Assembly: GCA_965228855.1 (NCBI GenBank)
Contig: CBDDIJ010000003.1
Span: 704,001-768,000, forward strand
Origin: Candidatus Obscuribacterales bacterium
GTDB lineage: Bacteria > Cyanobacteriota > Vampirovibrionia > Obscuribacterales > Obscuribacteraceae
DNA length: 64,000 nt
Direction: 5' to 3'
Numbering within the stretch: the first letter of the stretch is position 1; every line of letters starts with the position of its first letter. The notes beneath the pieces are model-generated. The model was not told the DNA's origin, searched no databases, and saw nothing but the letters and a program-made list of their open reading frames with translations. The position numbers and the translations under genes were made by a program. Below are positions 45,937 to 56,307 of this stretch, piece after piece.

Positions 45937-47193
45937 TTAGTGCAATTCGAGCGTTCCGATCTTGATATCTGCCGCTTTCAGTTCGCGAACGACGGGCTGA
46001 ATATTGTTAGCCCGCGCTTGCATTGACTGACCTGCGCCCTTCTGACCGCAGTAGTACAGCACATAGCCGTACTTCTTGAGATAGGGAACTACGGCAATTG
46101 ATTGAGACCCATTCACCTTCTCTGCGGTCCTGAGCGCTCGGGCGAGGAGTGGAGCCGCTGAGCCGAAGCGCTTTCTGTCTGAATAGAAGCAACCTAGGGT
46201 AAAGAGGGCGCGCTGCTCAAGTGATGGCGAGCCGGCCCAGCGTTTCACCGCATACTTGTATATCTCCTCGGCTTCGCTGAATTTGCCTTCTGCCACATAA
46301 CATGTGGCGAGTCGATTCATTCGCGAGAAAATCTGTGGGTCATCAGGATTCAGAACGCTTTCGGTGATGTCCAGAGCCTCTTTGTAATATGATTCGGCGT
46401 CTTTTTTCTCGCCTTTCTTCAAACAAATGCCTGCGAGATTGTCATAGCTGTTGGCCAGCGATAAATGTTTCTTTCCGAGTATTGTGGCTTTGACATCGAG
46501 GGATGTTTTATATAGTTTGTCCGCCATGACATAGTCTCGGCGAGCGTTGTACAGGTCTCCGAGCTTGTCGCAACTGATCGACCATTCAAGAAGCGGATCC
46601 ACCACTTGCGGAGCGGCGGTGCCTGCCCAGCCGACTAGCGGGGTTCCTTCTTTGTAAGCCAGTTTCGCATTCTTTTCTTCCAGGTCGCTTTGCTCTCGAA
46701 ATTTACCTTGCACGAAATTGAGCAGGTCTTCTGTCAGAGGCTTTGCCTTCTCTGGCGTTCCTACCGTGAGGTAAAACCGAATCAACTCTTCCATGTCGAA
46801 AACTAGCTTGCCTACGTTCTCGCTGATGTTGCGGTCCTTGATATAAAATTCTTCTTCCAGAAGTGGCTGCGCCTCGCGAAAACGCGCACGCACAGCCAAC
46901 AAGCGGCCTAAATCGCCCATGCTTTTTGCGATGCGAATTTCGTCTGGACCAATTTTTCGCGCTTCTTCGACAGCCTGGCGCAATATGCGCTCCGCTTTAC
47001 CGTACTCGTTGTTGAAAAACGCCTCTTCTCCCTCTTTTTGAACCATCTCCCAGTGCTTAAACGCTTCTGTCTTTTCATTCTCGGCGTAAAACGTCGCGTT
47101 CGAAGGCGTCGTAATGGACACGCCAAAGACAAACGACAGAAATACGACACGAATGTGCCGTTTACTTGTTAACGCGCGAATAAGAGAGTTCAC
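45937..47193 (-). CDS. Secreted TPR protein (kinesin-light-chain-type repeats)
   Basis: Signal peptide; LG..H...A.S..NLA repeats. Confidence 0.85.
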   Translation of the reverse strand: MNSLIRALTSKRHIRVVFLSFVFGVSITTPSNATFYAENEKTEAFKHWEMVQKEGEEAFFNNEYGKAERILRQAVEEARKIGPDEIRIAKSMGDLGRLLAVRARFREAQPLLEEEFYIKDRNISENVGKLVFDMEELIRFYLTVGTPEKAKPLTEDLLNFVQGKFREQSDLEEKNAKLAYKEGTPLVGWAGTAAPQVVDPLLEWSISCDKLGDLYNARRDYVMADKLYKTSLDVKATILGKKHLSLANSYDNLAGICLKKGEKKDAESYYKEALDITESVLNPDDPQIFSRMNRLATCYVAEGKFSEAEEIYKYAVKRWAGSPSLEQRALFTLGCFYSDRKRFGSAAPLLARALRTAEKVNGSQSIAVVPYLKKYGYVLYYCGQKGAGQSMQARANNIQPVVRELKAADIKIGTLELH

Positions 47194-47411
47194 CTGGGTA
47201 TCTTAGCGAATTAAATGGGCTTCGTTGTCATAACTACTCCCGATTTTCACAATTTAGGACGGAATATCTATGGCTGAAACTGCCCCGACATTCACAATCC
47301 CGTGAGTTAAACGGCTGCCTCATGTGACCGTGCCGCCGATTTCCATCGACGGCACTTCACTCGCTTATTCACTCACTGGAAAAACTTTGCTCTACTGCTT
47401 GTTTAGCGCAT

Positions 47412-47939
47412 TCAGGACCAGAACTTTGGGCTTGGTGGGACCTGATGCACACGATGTTCGTGCTGTCTGGGCTGCAACCCGCGACCGTCTTCCCGGCGTT
47501 CCCATGGACTGGGGTTGCCTGGCACTCTGTCTACCGATCTATCCGAATTGTTTTTGTCATTAATGCCGTCGTTGCGGTTTATATCCTTGCTGTGATCCTC
47601 TTTGCGGAGGTCCTCTCCGGGGTCCAGCGAGCGCGTCTTCTCGGCTGCCTTGCCGCCTAATTTGTCGTCCATTTTGTCGCTAAGCTGGTTATTGAGTTTG
47701 TCGTCGAATCCTTGAAGGGGAGCGGCGCAGAAGTCCAGCTCCTTGGGCGATTGCCGTTCTAAATGATTGGGACCGCGACCGCCGCCGCCGCCGTGACCGC
47801 CATGCTGAACTTCGTTGTCCGCACCTGCTGCGCCGCGTCCAAGAATCATGGCGCCTTCGAGCAATCTGTGGCTTGTGGAATCGGAGCTGGTTTCCCGAGA
47901 TTGGTTTTGAACGCGATTGTCAATTTCAAAATTAGGCAT
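47412..47939 (-). CDS. Hypothetical low-complexity protein
   Basis: AAGGAG SD before MPNFEID. Confidence 0.6.
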   Translation of the reverse strand: MPNFEIDNRVQNQSRETSSDSTSHRLLEGAMILGRGAAGADNEVQHGGHGGGGGRGPNHLERQSPKELDFCAAPLQGFDDKLNNQLSDKMDDKLGGKAAEKTRSLDPGEDLRKEDHSKDINRNDGINDKNNSDRSVDRVPGNPSPWERREDGRGLQPRQHEHRVHQVPPSPKFWS

Positions 47940-48209
47940 GGTCGGCTCCTTGGTAATAGAATCGTTGAGTGAATGGTGGCGAAGTGCCGTCTCAGTTGGG
48001 CTTTCAGGTTGGTTACTAAGTCGTCCTGTCTTCCGAACGAGAACATCATAATTTCGAGTTATGACAATTTTGAACCAGAATCGGACGCTCAAAATTTCGT
48101 GGAAAACCTATATATGGAGCCGTATGCGACTAATTTTGTTGACGGGAAGAGATAGATCGCCGCATTAAGCTAGACTTTTGCTACGCTTGAAACAGACTTG
48201 AAAGGCGAT

Positions 48210-48617
48210 GAAATGAAAATGACAGCCGGCACGTTGTTATATAAAGAGGTGGATGGCCAAATCCATGTATTGCTCGTGCACCCTTCAGGCAATTACAATC
48301 GCCGCGCGCCCTGGAGCATACCGAAAGGGATGCCGGACGAAGGCGAGGAACTTGAAGCTGCCGCGAGACGTGAAACACTTGAAGAGGCTGGTATCGTAAG
48401 CGGTGACCTTGTGCCGCTTGGTTATATCGATTACAAGAAGAGTCGCAAGCGTGTTTTCTGCTGGGGTGGAATTGCGCCCGTCGATCAGCAGCCGCGATGC
48501 GCCTCGTGGGAGATCGATAAAGCTGAATTCGTTTCACTTGCCAGAGCAAAAGAACTTATTCACGTCGATCAGGCCGTTTTCATAGATCGACTCATTGATT
48601 ATTTGAAGAGCGTGTAA
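48210..48617 (+). CDS. NUDIX hydrolase
   Basis: PKG...GE...AARRETLEEAG box. Confidence 0.93.
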   Translation, partial: EMKMTAGTLLYKEVDGQIHVLLVHPSGNYNRRAPWSIPKGMPDEGEELEAAARRETLEEAGIVSGDLVPLGYIDYKKSRKRVFCWGGIAPVDQQPRCASWEIDKAEFVSLARAKELIHVDQAVFIDRLIDYLKSV

Positions 48618-48696
48618 AATGCTGTTAGTCCGGCTGATGCTCTACAAGCTCTTAAGGCGTTAAAAGCAATTTGAAACTTCCAGGATAAATCTAAAA

Positions 48697-49422
48697 ATGT
48701 GTGCAGCGAAACCTCGAACAATTCGCGATATTAGGGTTGTCCCAGTGTCCGCTGCCGACGAATTTCCATGGTATGAGCAGTTTTTAGTGGTGGCAAACCG
48801 AATTACGGACAAGCTCAGAAAGGCAAAATTCGCAATTAGTAATTTTGACCATGTCTACTTATACATCTCATTTTCGGGTACCAGCATAGAAATGTCGCCC
48901 CATGAAACCGATCTGGAGCCGTGGTTCAAGGTTGTGGAGGTTTCGCTTCCATCCAGTATGCAAAAGGAGGCGCCGTCTAGTGAGAGTATTTCCTTAATTG
49001 TTCACGATGCATTGCTCAGTCTTTCGAAGTTCTCCGATATTGACGGAGACGTAATAGACAAATCTTTGGATGCCGTTTTTGAAGTCAGCGAAAACAGCGA
49101 ATTTTCTTTTATCGAAAAGAACACGAGAGAGTACAAGGTGTCTCTGTTTTACAAGTACAACTTACCAGAACCTCATCTTGTTAGCGTTTACTTACGCGTA
49201 ATTGATAAAGGAAGCGGAGCGAAGAAGGAAGTCACCATCGGAAAAATGCTTAGGGAATTTATGAGAGCTCGCCTCGGTTGTATAGAGGTCGTCAATAGCA
49301 AATTAGTAATACATCCCAGAACGTCTGTTCAGGACAGCATTTTTTTAGAGATGGAATCTAAAGATCCAAGCTTACAACTTGAATTTGACCTAACAAATAT
49401 CAACAACGAGCAGATCGAATGA
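48697..49422 (+). CDS. Hypothetical protein
   Basis: 241-aa ORF, visibly AT-richer than its neighbours. Confidence 0.6.
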   Translation: MCAAKPRTIRDIRVVPVSAADEFPWYEQFLVVANRITDKLRKAKFAISNFDHVYLYISFSGTSIEMSPHETDLEPWFKVVEVSLPSSMQKEAPSSESISLIVHDALLSLSKFSDIDGDVIDKSLDAVFEVSENSEFSFIEKNTREYKVSLFYKYNLPEPHLVSVYLRVIDKGSGAKKEVTIGKMLREFMRARLGCIEVVNSKLVIHPRTSVQDSIFLEMESKDPSLQLEFDLTNINNEQIE

Positions 49423-49471
49423 TCACGTTGATGTACCGCCAGGTACTTGCTCATTCTTGCGACGAATACTT

Positions 49472-50905
49472 CTAACGAACGCTTCCCATGAGTTTCTTCA
49501 CTAGTGGCACCATGCATAGCATGACCAGTGCTGCGACTATAGCCGCACCGCCCATGGAGCCGAATAGTGTAGTCATACCATCGAGATTGTTTTCATCGAA
49601 GAAACCGCTGAGTTTGCCGGCGACGAAATTGCCGATTGAGATGCTCGTGTACCATGCACCCATAGTGAGTGCGACGAAACGAGCCGGAGCCAGTTTCGTA
49701 ACAGTACTTAGACCGACCGGACTGAGGCAAAGTTCTCCAAGGCATTCTAGCAAGAAGACGGAAATCAGCCAAAAGGGGCTAACTAAGCCGCTTTTAGCGA
49801 GCATCGCCGCTGGTACCATCAATGTAATTCCCAAGCCGAGTAGTAAGATCCCGATGGAAAACTTTGCGGGTGCAGAAGGCTGTTTCTCACCGAGTTTAAT
49901 CCAGAGCATGGAAAATAGAGGCGCGAACATGATGATGAAACCGGCTTGGAAAGTCTGAAGCCAGGTGCTGGGAAACTTCCAGCCGAAGATGGAACAGTCG
50001 ATGCACTTGCTTGCAAAAATGTTGAGACTTGAGCCGCCTTGTTCATAAATAGCCCAGAACAGGATGTTGAAAACGAACAGCACTGCGATCGCGCCGATGC
50101 GATTGATCTCTTCCTTGGTCAGTTTTGACGATTCAGCAGCCTCAGTAGCGTCTTTCGCTTCGTGAGCTGCTTCTTCGGCGAGCTCAACCACAGGCTGCGG
50201 TTTTTTCTTACCCGAAGGTCTCAGACCCGCATCGCCCAGTAATTTGCCTTGCAGAACATAGAACAGCAGACCGAATACCATGCCGACGCCCGCTGCGCCG
50301 AAGCCCCAGTGCCAACTCATATGGGGCGACATTCCGATGGATGTGAGCCATCGCTTGAACTCGTCAGCCTGGGCGAAGTAACCGCATGCAAGTGGTGCGA
50401 GCATGGCTCCGATGTTCACGCCCATATAGAAGATAGAGAAGCCGGCATCACGCCTGGTATCACCAGGCTTGTACAACATTCCGACCATTGTGCTCATGTT
50501 CGGCTTGAGAAGCCCTGTTCCCAGGACAATCATTCCCATGCCGATGTACAAGGTATGGAGAGACGGGAATGCGATCGTGAAGTGACCGAGGGCAATTATT
50601 ATGCCGCCGATTAAAACCGCGTTTCTGGCTCCAAGAAGTCTGTCGCCGATCAAGCCGCCCGGTAGAGCGCTGAGATAAACGCTCATAGTGTACAAACCAT
50701 AGATGCCGCCGGCTTCTTGGTTCGTCATTCCCAATCCGCCGTCACTGACGGCAGTCACCATATATAGTACCAGAATGGCGCGCATACCGTAGTAACTGAA
50801 GCGCTCCCACATCTCGGTACAAAACAAATTGATCAGACCGAGAGGATGTCCGGCAAATGTTTTTTCTTCCTGCGCGGCCGAAATCGTTGCGGCTTCTGAT
50901 GTCAT
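49472..50905 (-). CDS. POT-family proton-dependent oligopeptide transporter
   Basis: EMWERFSYYGMR, GTGLLKPN, FYMGVNIG, GELCLSP. Confidence 0.96.
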   Translation of the reverse strand: MTSEAATISAAQEEKTFAGHPLGLINLFCTEMWERFSYYGMRAILVLYMVTAVSDGGLGMTNQEAGGIYGLYTMSVYLSALPGGLIGDRLLGARNAVLIGGIIIALGHFTIAFPSLHTLYIGMGMIVLGTGLLKPNMSTMVGMLYKPGDTRRDAGFSIFYMGVNIGAMLAPLACGYFAQADEFKRWLTSIGMSPHMSWHWGFGAAGVGMVFGLLFYVLQGKLLGDAGLRPSGKKKPQPVVELAEEAAHEAKDATEAAESSKLTKEEINRIGAIAVLFVFNILFWAIYEQGGSSLNIFASKCIDCSIFGWKFPSTWLQTFQAGFIIMFAPLFSMLWIKLGEKQPSAPAKFSIGILLLGLGITLMVPAAMLAKSGLVSPFWLISVFLLECLGELCLSPVGLSTVTKLAPARFVALTMGAWYTSISIGNFVAGKLSGFFDENNLDGMTTLFGSMGGAAIVAALVMLCMVPLVKKLMGSVR

Positions 50906-51056
50906 TTTCTCTCCCTTGACGCATCGCAGCAGCCAACCACATTGCAACTGTGGTGAGCGGTTTGCAAGAGTTTAGCACTTCATCATGGTAAAATGACACT
51001 TCAGTCAAGGGCTTCGAGGGTTGTCGAGGTCTGTTTTTATACTTCGAGGTTTATCC

Positions 51057-53198
51057 ATGAAGAGAAGGACTTTTCTGAAGCGCGCCATTTCGCTTGTGGC
51101 ATTGGGAGGGGTTTCGCACATGAGTACAAGTCAGTCGATTGCAATGACGGAGACACTGGGACCGCTTCTGGCAGAGTGGACCGGGGACCATGGCGGAATT
51201 CCGCGCTTTGACCTTGTGAAGGTTGGCGACTTCAAAACAGAGCTCTTGAAAGGAATGGATTTGAAACGAGCTGACATTAAGCAAATGACCGAGCAAAAAA
51301 GCATGCCGACCTTTGAAAACACTATCGCTGTTTTTGAGGATATTGGTCGTCCCTACAGTCGAGTTAATCGCTTCTTCGACGTCTACACCGCGACGATGAA
51401 TGATAAAACGATGCAGGGGATTGAAACCGAAATGCGTCCTTTGATCGCTCAGTTCGAAGACGAAATTATTCAGAACGATCCCTTATTTCAACGGATAAAA
51501 ACTGTTTATGACGCGCGTGAATCTTCGAATTTGACAGACGAACAGAAACGACTGGTGGATGTTTACTACCAGATATTTGTCCGTCAGGGAGCCGGTCTTG
51601 ATGAGTCGAAGAAGAAGCGTATAAGAGAGATTAACGAGAAGCTTGCTAAGTTGTTCACGAAATTCAGGCATCATTTGCTTGCCGATGAGGAGAAGTACAC
51701 GCTCGTCATCGACAAGGAAGAAGATCTTGACGGGCTTTCGGAGGACCTTCGCAAAGCTGCTGCCCAACAGGCAGAAGCTCATAAGATGCCGGGTAAGTGG
51801 GTAATAACGAATACGCGTTCCTCGATGGAGCCGTTCTTGTGCTTTTCGACTCGGCGCGATCTCCGCGAAAAAGGTTGGAGAATGTGGACCAATCGTGGCG
51901 ATAACAATGATGAGAACGACAATAAAGCCACGATGTCCGAAATTTTGAAACTGCGCGCTGAAAGAGCCAAGATTCTTGGTTTTGCAACGCACGCGGATTG
52001 GGTTCTTGCAGACAATATGGCGAAGACTCCTGCAAACGCTCTCGACTTGATGATGCGAGTTTGGAAAGCAGCAACTCAACGAGTCAAGGAAGAAGTTGCA
52101 GATATGCAGAAGATCGCTGATGACGAGAAGGCAAACATTACGATTGAACCCTGGGATTATCGCTTCTATGCGGAGAAGGTTCGCAAGGCGAAATACGATC
52201 TCGATCAAAATGAAGTCAAACAGTATTTGCAGCTAGACAAAATTCGTGACGGAATGTTCTTCGCCGCCAAACAAGTCTACGGAATAGACATGGTAAAGGT
52301 CGATGGATTGCCGGTCTGCCACCCGGACGTCACTGTCTACGAAGTGCGAAAAGGACCGAAGCAAATCGGACTCTGGTACTTCGACCCTTACGCTCGCGAT
52401 GGAAAACATTCGGGCGCATGGATGAGTGAGTACAGAACGCAAGAGCGCTTCAGAAAAGAGATCATGCCTATAGTCTCGAACAATTCGAATTTCGTGAAAG
52501 GAAAACCGGGCGAAGCTGTTTTGATCTCATGGGATGATGCTACAACGATGTTCCATGAATTTGGTCACGCGCTTCACGGTTTGCTTTCCAATGTCACATA
52601 TCCATCGCTTGCAGGAACAAACACAAAGCGAGATTTCGTTGAGTTCCCTTCGCAGGTCAACGAGCGTTGGGCATTGACCAATGAGGTGCTTGGAACCTAT
52701 GCGTTGCATCATAAAACTGGTGAACCGATTCCCGCCGCGTTAGTCGAGAAAATAAAGAAGGGCAAGACGTTCAACTCGGGTTTCACAACTGTTGAGTACC
52801 TCGCGTCCGCGTTGTACGACTTGAAAATTCACCTCGCTGCTACGCCGGATGAAACCATTGATCCAGGAGAATTCGAGAAGAAAACGATGGCTGAGATTGG
52901 TTGTCCCAAGGAAATCGTGATGCGTCATAGACCGACGCAGTTTTCCCATATATTTGCCGATGACGGTTATTCGTCAGGGTATTACGTTTACATCTGGGCT
53001 GACACAATGTCTGCGGACGCCTCGGAAGCTTTTGTCGAAGCCGGCAGCTTCTACGATCGCAAAACTTGCGACCGCTTCCGTGACACCATATTCAGTGTAG
53101 GTAACTCCGTTGCTCCCGATGTGGCGTTCAAAAACTTCCGCGGACGGGATGTCGATACCAATGCATTATTCCGCGACCGCGGCTTCCCTGTGTCCTGA
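51057..53198 (+). CDS. M3 metallopeptidase (peptidyl-dipeptidase Dcp-like) with Tat signal
   Basis: KRRTFLK Tat motif; FHEFGHALH; DFVEFPSQ. Confidence 0.95.
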   Translation: MKRRTFLKRAISLVALGGVSHMSTSQSIAMTETLGPLLAEWTGDHGGIPRFDLVKVGDFKTELLKGMDLKRADIKQMTEQKSMPTFENTIAVFEDIGRPYSRVNRFFDVYTATMNDKTMQGIETEMRPLIAQFEDEIIQNDPLFQRIKTVYDARESSNLTDEQKRLVDVYYQIFVRQGAGLDESKKKRIREINEKLAKLFTKFRHHLLADEEKYTLVIDKEEDLDGLSEDLRKAAAQQAEAHKMPGKWVITNTRSSMEPFLCFSTRRDLREKGWRMWTNRGDNNDENDNKATMSEILKLRAERAKILGFATHADWVLADNMAKTPANALDLMMRVWKAATQRVKEEVADMQKIADDEKANITIEPWDYRFYAEKVRKAKYDLDQNEVKQYLQLDKIRDGMFFAAKQVYGIDMVKVDGLPVCHPDVTVYEVRKGPKQIGLWYFDPYARDGKHSGAWMSEYRTQERFRKEIMPIVSNNSNFVKGKPGEAVLISWDDATTMFHEFGHALHGLLSNVTYPSLAGTNTKRDFVEFPSQVNERWALTNEVLGTYALHHKTGEPIPAALVEKIKKGKTFNSGFTTVEYLASALYDLKIHLAATPDETIDPGEFEKKTMAEIGCPKEIVMRHRPTQFSHIFADDGYSSGYYVYIWADTMSADASEAFVEAGSFYDRKTCDRFRDTIFSVGNSVAPDVAFKNFRGRDVDTNALFRDRGFPVS

Positions 53199-53395
53199 TC
53201 TATATGCATTAGAGCTATCATCATCCTAAAGGATGATTTTTGAGGGCGGTGTCCGTTATGCGGGCACCGTTCAGCGTTTGCGGGGATAAACGATTATTGC
53301 CGGATGACCGAACGGTCGATGAACGGTCCAAAAAGAAGCGGTAGGCTAAACCTTGTTCACCCGCTGGTGAATCGCTTACAAGGAATCGTTCGACA

Positions 53396-54568
53396 ATGGA
53401 AACATTCAATTTCATTCCCGCCTATCCGCCACTTCCCTTTCCGTTGCCGGTGTGGCTGATGCAGACGCTTTTGATCGCCGGCTTCTTTTTACACGCCTTG
53501 CCAATGAATGTGGTTTGGGGCGGCTCCGTAATCGGCGCGGTGATGTTTTTCCTTGGACGCAAGGATACCTCTTCCTACACATATAAGAGTGCTAAGGCGC
53601 TGGCGATTTCCTTGCCGCTGTTTATTTCCTTCGCGATTACTCAGGGAATTGTCCCGCTATTGTTTTTACAACTGTTGTACGGACCGGCGTTCTATTCGTC
53701 TTCCATTATTATGGCTGCTCCCTGGCTGAGCCTGCTCGCCATTCTGATCGTCAGCTATTACATCGCTTATTACATCATCTATCGAGTGCTTAAGAACGAT
53801 TTCGGAGCAAAAACCGCAATCAAGGCCTCGGTCTGGATGGTAATTATGAGTATCGGTTTTGCCGCGATCGCGTCTATTTTTTCAAACAACATGACGCTGA
53901 TGCAGACACCGGATAAGTGGATGCCACTCTACTCCAACAATCCTCATGGTTTAAACCTGAATTTGCATGAGCCTCAGTTGCTTCCGCGATACACGCACTT
54001 CTTCGTATCGTCTATCGCTGTTACCGGCATGACTCTTGGATGTTTCGGACTATATCTGACCAAACGTAATGCCGAATTCTCAACATGGCTTTTGAAGCTA
54101 GGCTCGCGAATATTTCTCGGTGCCACCATTCTTCAAATACCGGTAGGTCTGTGGTTCCTGAAAGCATTGCCGCAAAGTCATATGGCTGCTTTCATGGGTG
54201 GAGACCAGCTTGTGACCGGAGTTTTCATAGCATCGATGGCACTGATGCTGGTATCAATTCTGGCAACGGCTATCTCGTCTGCAAGTGGTGACCGCCGGCT
54301 GTTCATTGCAGGTCTGGTCTCCAACGCGCTTTTGATTCTGGCAATGATTGTCAACCGGCATCAACTCAGACTGATGTATCTGAATCCGCATGTGCAACCG
54401 GATACGGTGGCGGTTAGCACTCAGTGGGATCTGCTGGCAATTTTTCTTGTTTCGACTGTGGCACTTATTTTATATCTCGTTTGGCTCAGCCGTCTGGTCT
54501 ATACGGCTTTCCATACCGAGTCTCCAGCCGTATCAAATCCGGCATCTGCAAATGTGGCGTCTACCTGA
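53396..54568 (+). CDS. Polytopic membrane subunit of the bc/bd-like respiratory operon
   Basis: About 10 TM helices, conserved-looking His (LHALPMN, RYTHF), GIVPLLFLQLLY. Confidence 0.75.
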   Translation: METFNFIPAYPPLPFPLPVWLMQTLLIAGFFLHALPMNVVWGGSVIGAVMFFLGRKDTSSYTYKSAKALAISLPLFISFAITQGIVPLLFLQLLYGPAFYSSSIIMAAPWLSLLAILIVSYYIAYYIIYRVLKNDFGAKTAIKASVWMVIMSIGFAAIASIFSNNMTLMQTPDKWMPLYSNNPHGLNLNLHEPQLLPRYTHFFVSSIAVTGMTLGCFGLYLTKRNAEFSTWLLKLGSRIFLGATILQIPVGLWFLKALPQSHMAAFMGGDQLVTGVFIASMALMLVSILATAISSASGDRRLFIAGLVSNALLILAMIVNRHQLRLMYLNPHVQPDTVAVSTQWDLLAIFLVSTVALILYLVWLSRLVYTAFHTESPAVSNPASANVAST

Positions 54569-54582
54569 GAAGTGATCTAACA

Positions 54583-55197
54583 ATGAGCGATAAAGAAAGT
54601 ATTGAAGATAAACCAGTCGCAGAGCCGGCACCAGTCGGTTTGTGCGGAAAATCAGAGCCCTGCTCCGGACCAAATAGCTGCGGCGGTAAGAGTTCGTGCT
54701 CAGAGCATGTCGACCCTGATGCAGATCCAGCTGCCTATCTGGATGATGACTATGACGAGGTTCTCAGTCGCTCTGACTTCATGCGAAAAGCCTTTGGTGG
54801 CACTGTGCTTCTATGGGGTGGAGTGGCTTTAGCTCCGATTGTTGCATATTTAACGCCGCCTCCTGGAGAGGACAAAGAAGCCGCAAAGGTGACCAGCGTC
54901 GAAGTATGCAAAGTGTCGGAGCTTCCAAAGGGAACCGGCAAAAACTTTCGGTTCGGCTCCTTTCCTGCAGTCGTGATAAACGATATGGAAGGTCAGCTTC
55001 ACGCTTTCAACGCGATCTGCACACATCTTGGTTGTACCGTGCAGTTCCGAGCCGACAAGCAATGTATCTATTGTGCATGTCACGGCGGAGAATACGATGC
55101 TTCGACCGGAAAAAACATTGCCGGACCTCCGCCTAAACCGCTGCCGGTTCTAAAAGTTGCGATCGTTGACGACAAAATTGTCGTGTCTAAAGCCTAA
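54583..55197 (+). CDS. petA: Rieske iron-sulfur protein
   Basis: CTHLGC and CACHGG motifs; TM anchor. Confidence 0.93.
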   Translation: MSDKESIEDKPVAEPAPVGLCGKSEPCSGPNSCGGKSSCSEHVDPDADPAAYLDDDYDEVLSRSDFMRKAFGGTVLLWGGVALAPIVAYLTPPPGEDKEAAKVTSVEVCKVSELPKGTGKNFRFGSFPAVVINDMEGQLHAFNAICTHLGCTVQFRADKQCIYCACHGGEYDASTGKNIAGPPPKPLPVLKVAIVDDKIVVSKA

Positions 55198-55209
55198 AGG
55201 AAGTTCCCA

Positions 55210-56307
55210 ATGGTATCAAATCACTCTCATCGCCAAGTTCAAGAGCAAGGCATTATTCAATATATCGAAGAGCGCCTTCCCATCGATGGTTTACGTGAGT
55301 TAGCCGAAAAGAAAAAGGTTCCGCTCCACAAGCACTCCATCTGGTACTACCTTGGTGGCATAGCTGCAATGCTTCTCGGCGTGCAATTTCTAACTGGAAT
55401 TCTACTGATGGTCTATTACGTGCCGGAGATCAACTCTGCGCATGCGAGCATCCTGAAGCTCAACTCTCAGATAAATTTCGGTTGGTTCGTACGTTCGCTG
55501 CACAGCTGGGGCGCGAATTTGCTCATTCTTGCTCTGTTTGTTCACATGTTCAGCGCGTATTTCATGAAGGCGTACCGGAAGCCCCGTGAGTTAACATGGT
55601 GGTCCGGGCTGCTTCTGATGGTTATTTGTCTTGCTTTCGGCTTCACCGGCTACCTTTTGCCGTGGGATGAGGTTTCCTTCTTTGCCACAAAGATAGGGCT
55701 GGATATAGCCGAGAAAATGCCGGTTTTAGGGCACATGGTGTCCTATATGCTGCGCGGCGGAGATTCAATCACGCAGGCGACGATATCGCGGTTCTTCGTG
55801 ATCCACGTTGCGATTCTACCAGTGCTGCTCGTCGGTCTTCTTGGTGGACACCTGTTTCTGGTTCAAGTTCATGGCATCTCAGAACCTGACTCGTTCAAAA
55901 AGCTTCCACCGGAAAAGAAATCCTACGAGAAATTTTTTCCCACATTCTTCTTCAAGGACATACTTGTATGGGTACTTGCAATTAACGTTCTTTTCGGTTT
56001 AACAACCCTCTGCCCGTGGGGATTGGGACCGGAAGCCGATCCGTTTGCTGCTGCTCCTATCGGGATAAAACCTGAGTGGTATTTCCTTGCACCATTTCAG
56101 TTTTTAAAACTGATACCGCCCATGGTAGGTCCCATCGAGGGAGAGCTCTTTGGAATTCTTCTCATGTCCGTCGTAGGTGTTGTATTTGTCGCAGTGCCGT
56201 TCTTCGATAACGGCACATCCAAATCCTATGCTAAAACTGCCACTATTTTTGGTTGGCTGATTTTGGCTGGTTTGATTGGTTTCAGTATCTGGGGAGCTCT
56301 GTCATGA
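55210..56307 (+). CDS. petB: Cytochrome b of a bc complex
   Basis: RSLHSWGA, GFTGYLLPW, PEWYF. Confidence 0.95.
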   Translation: MVSNHSHRQVQEQGIIQYIEERLPIDGLRELAEKKKVPLHKHSIWYYLGGIAAMLLGVQFLTGILLMVYYVPEINSAHASILKLNSQINFGWFVRSLHSWGANLLILALFVHMFSAYFMKAYRKPRELTWWSGLLLMVICLAFGFTGYLLPWDEVSFFATKIGLDIAEKMPVLGHMVSYMLRGGDSITQATISRFFVIHVAILPVLLVGLLGGHLFLVQVHGISEPDSFKKLPPEKKSYEKFFPTFFFKDILVWVLAINVLFGLTTLCPWGLGPEADPFAAAPIGIKPEWYFLAPFQFLKLIPPMVGPIEGELFGILLMSVVGVVFVAVPFFDNGTSKSYAKTATIFGWLILAGLIGFSIWGALS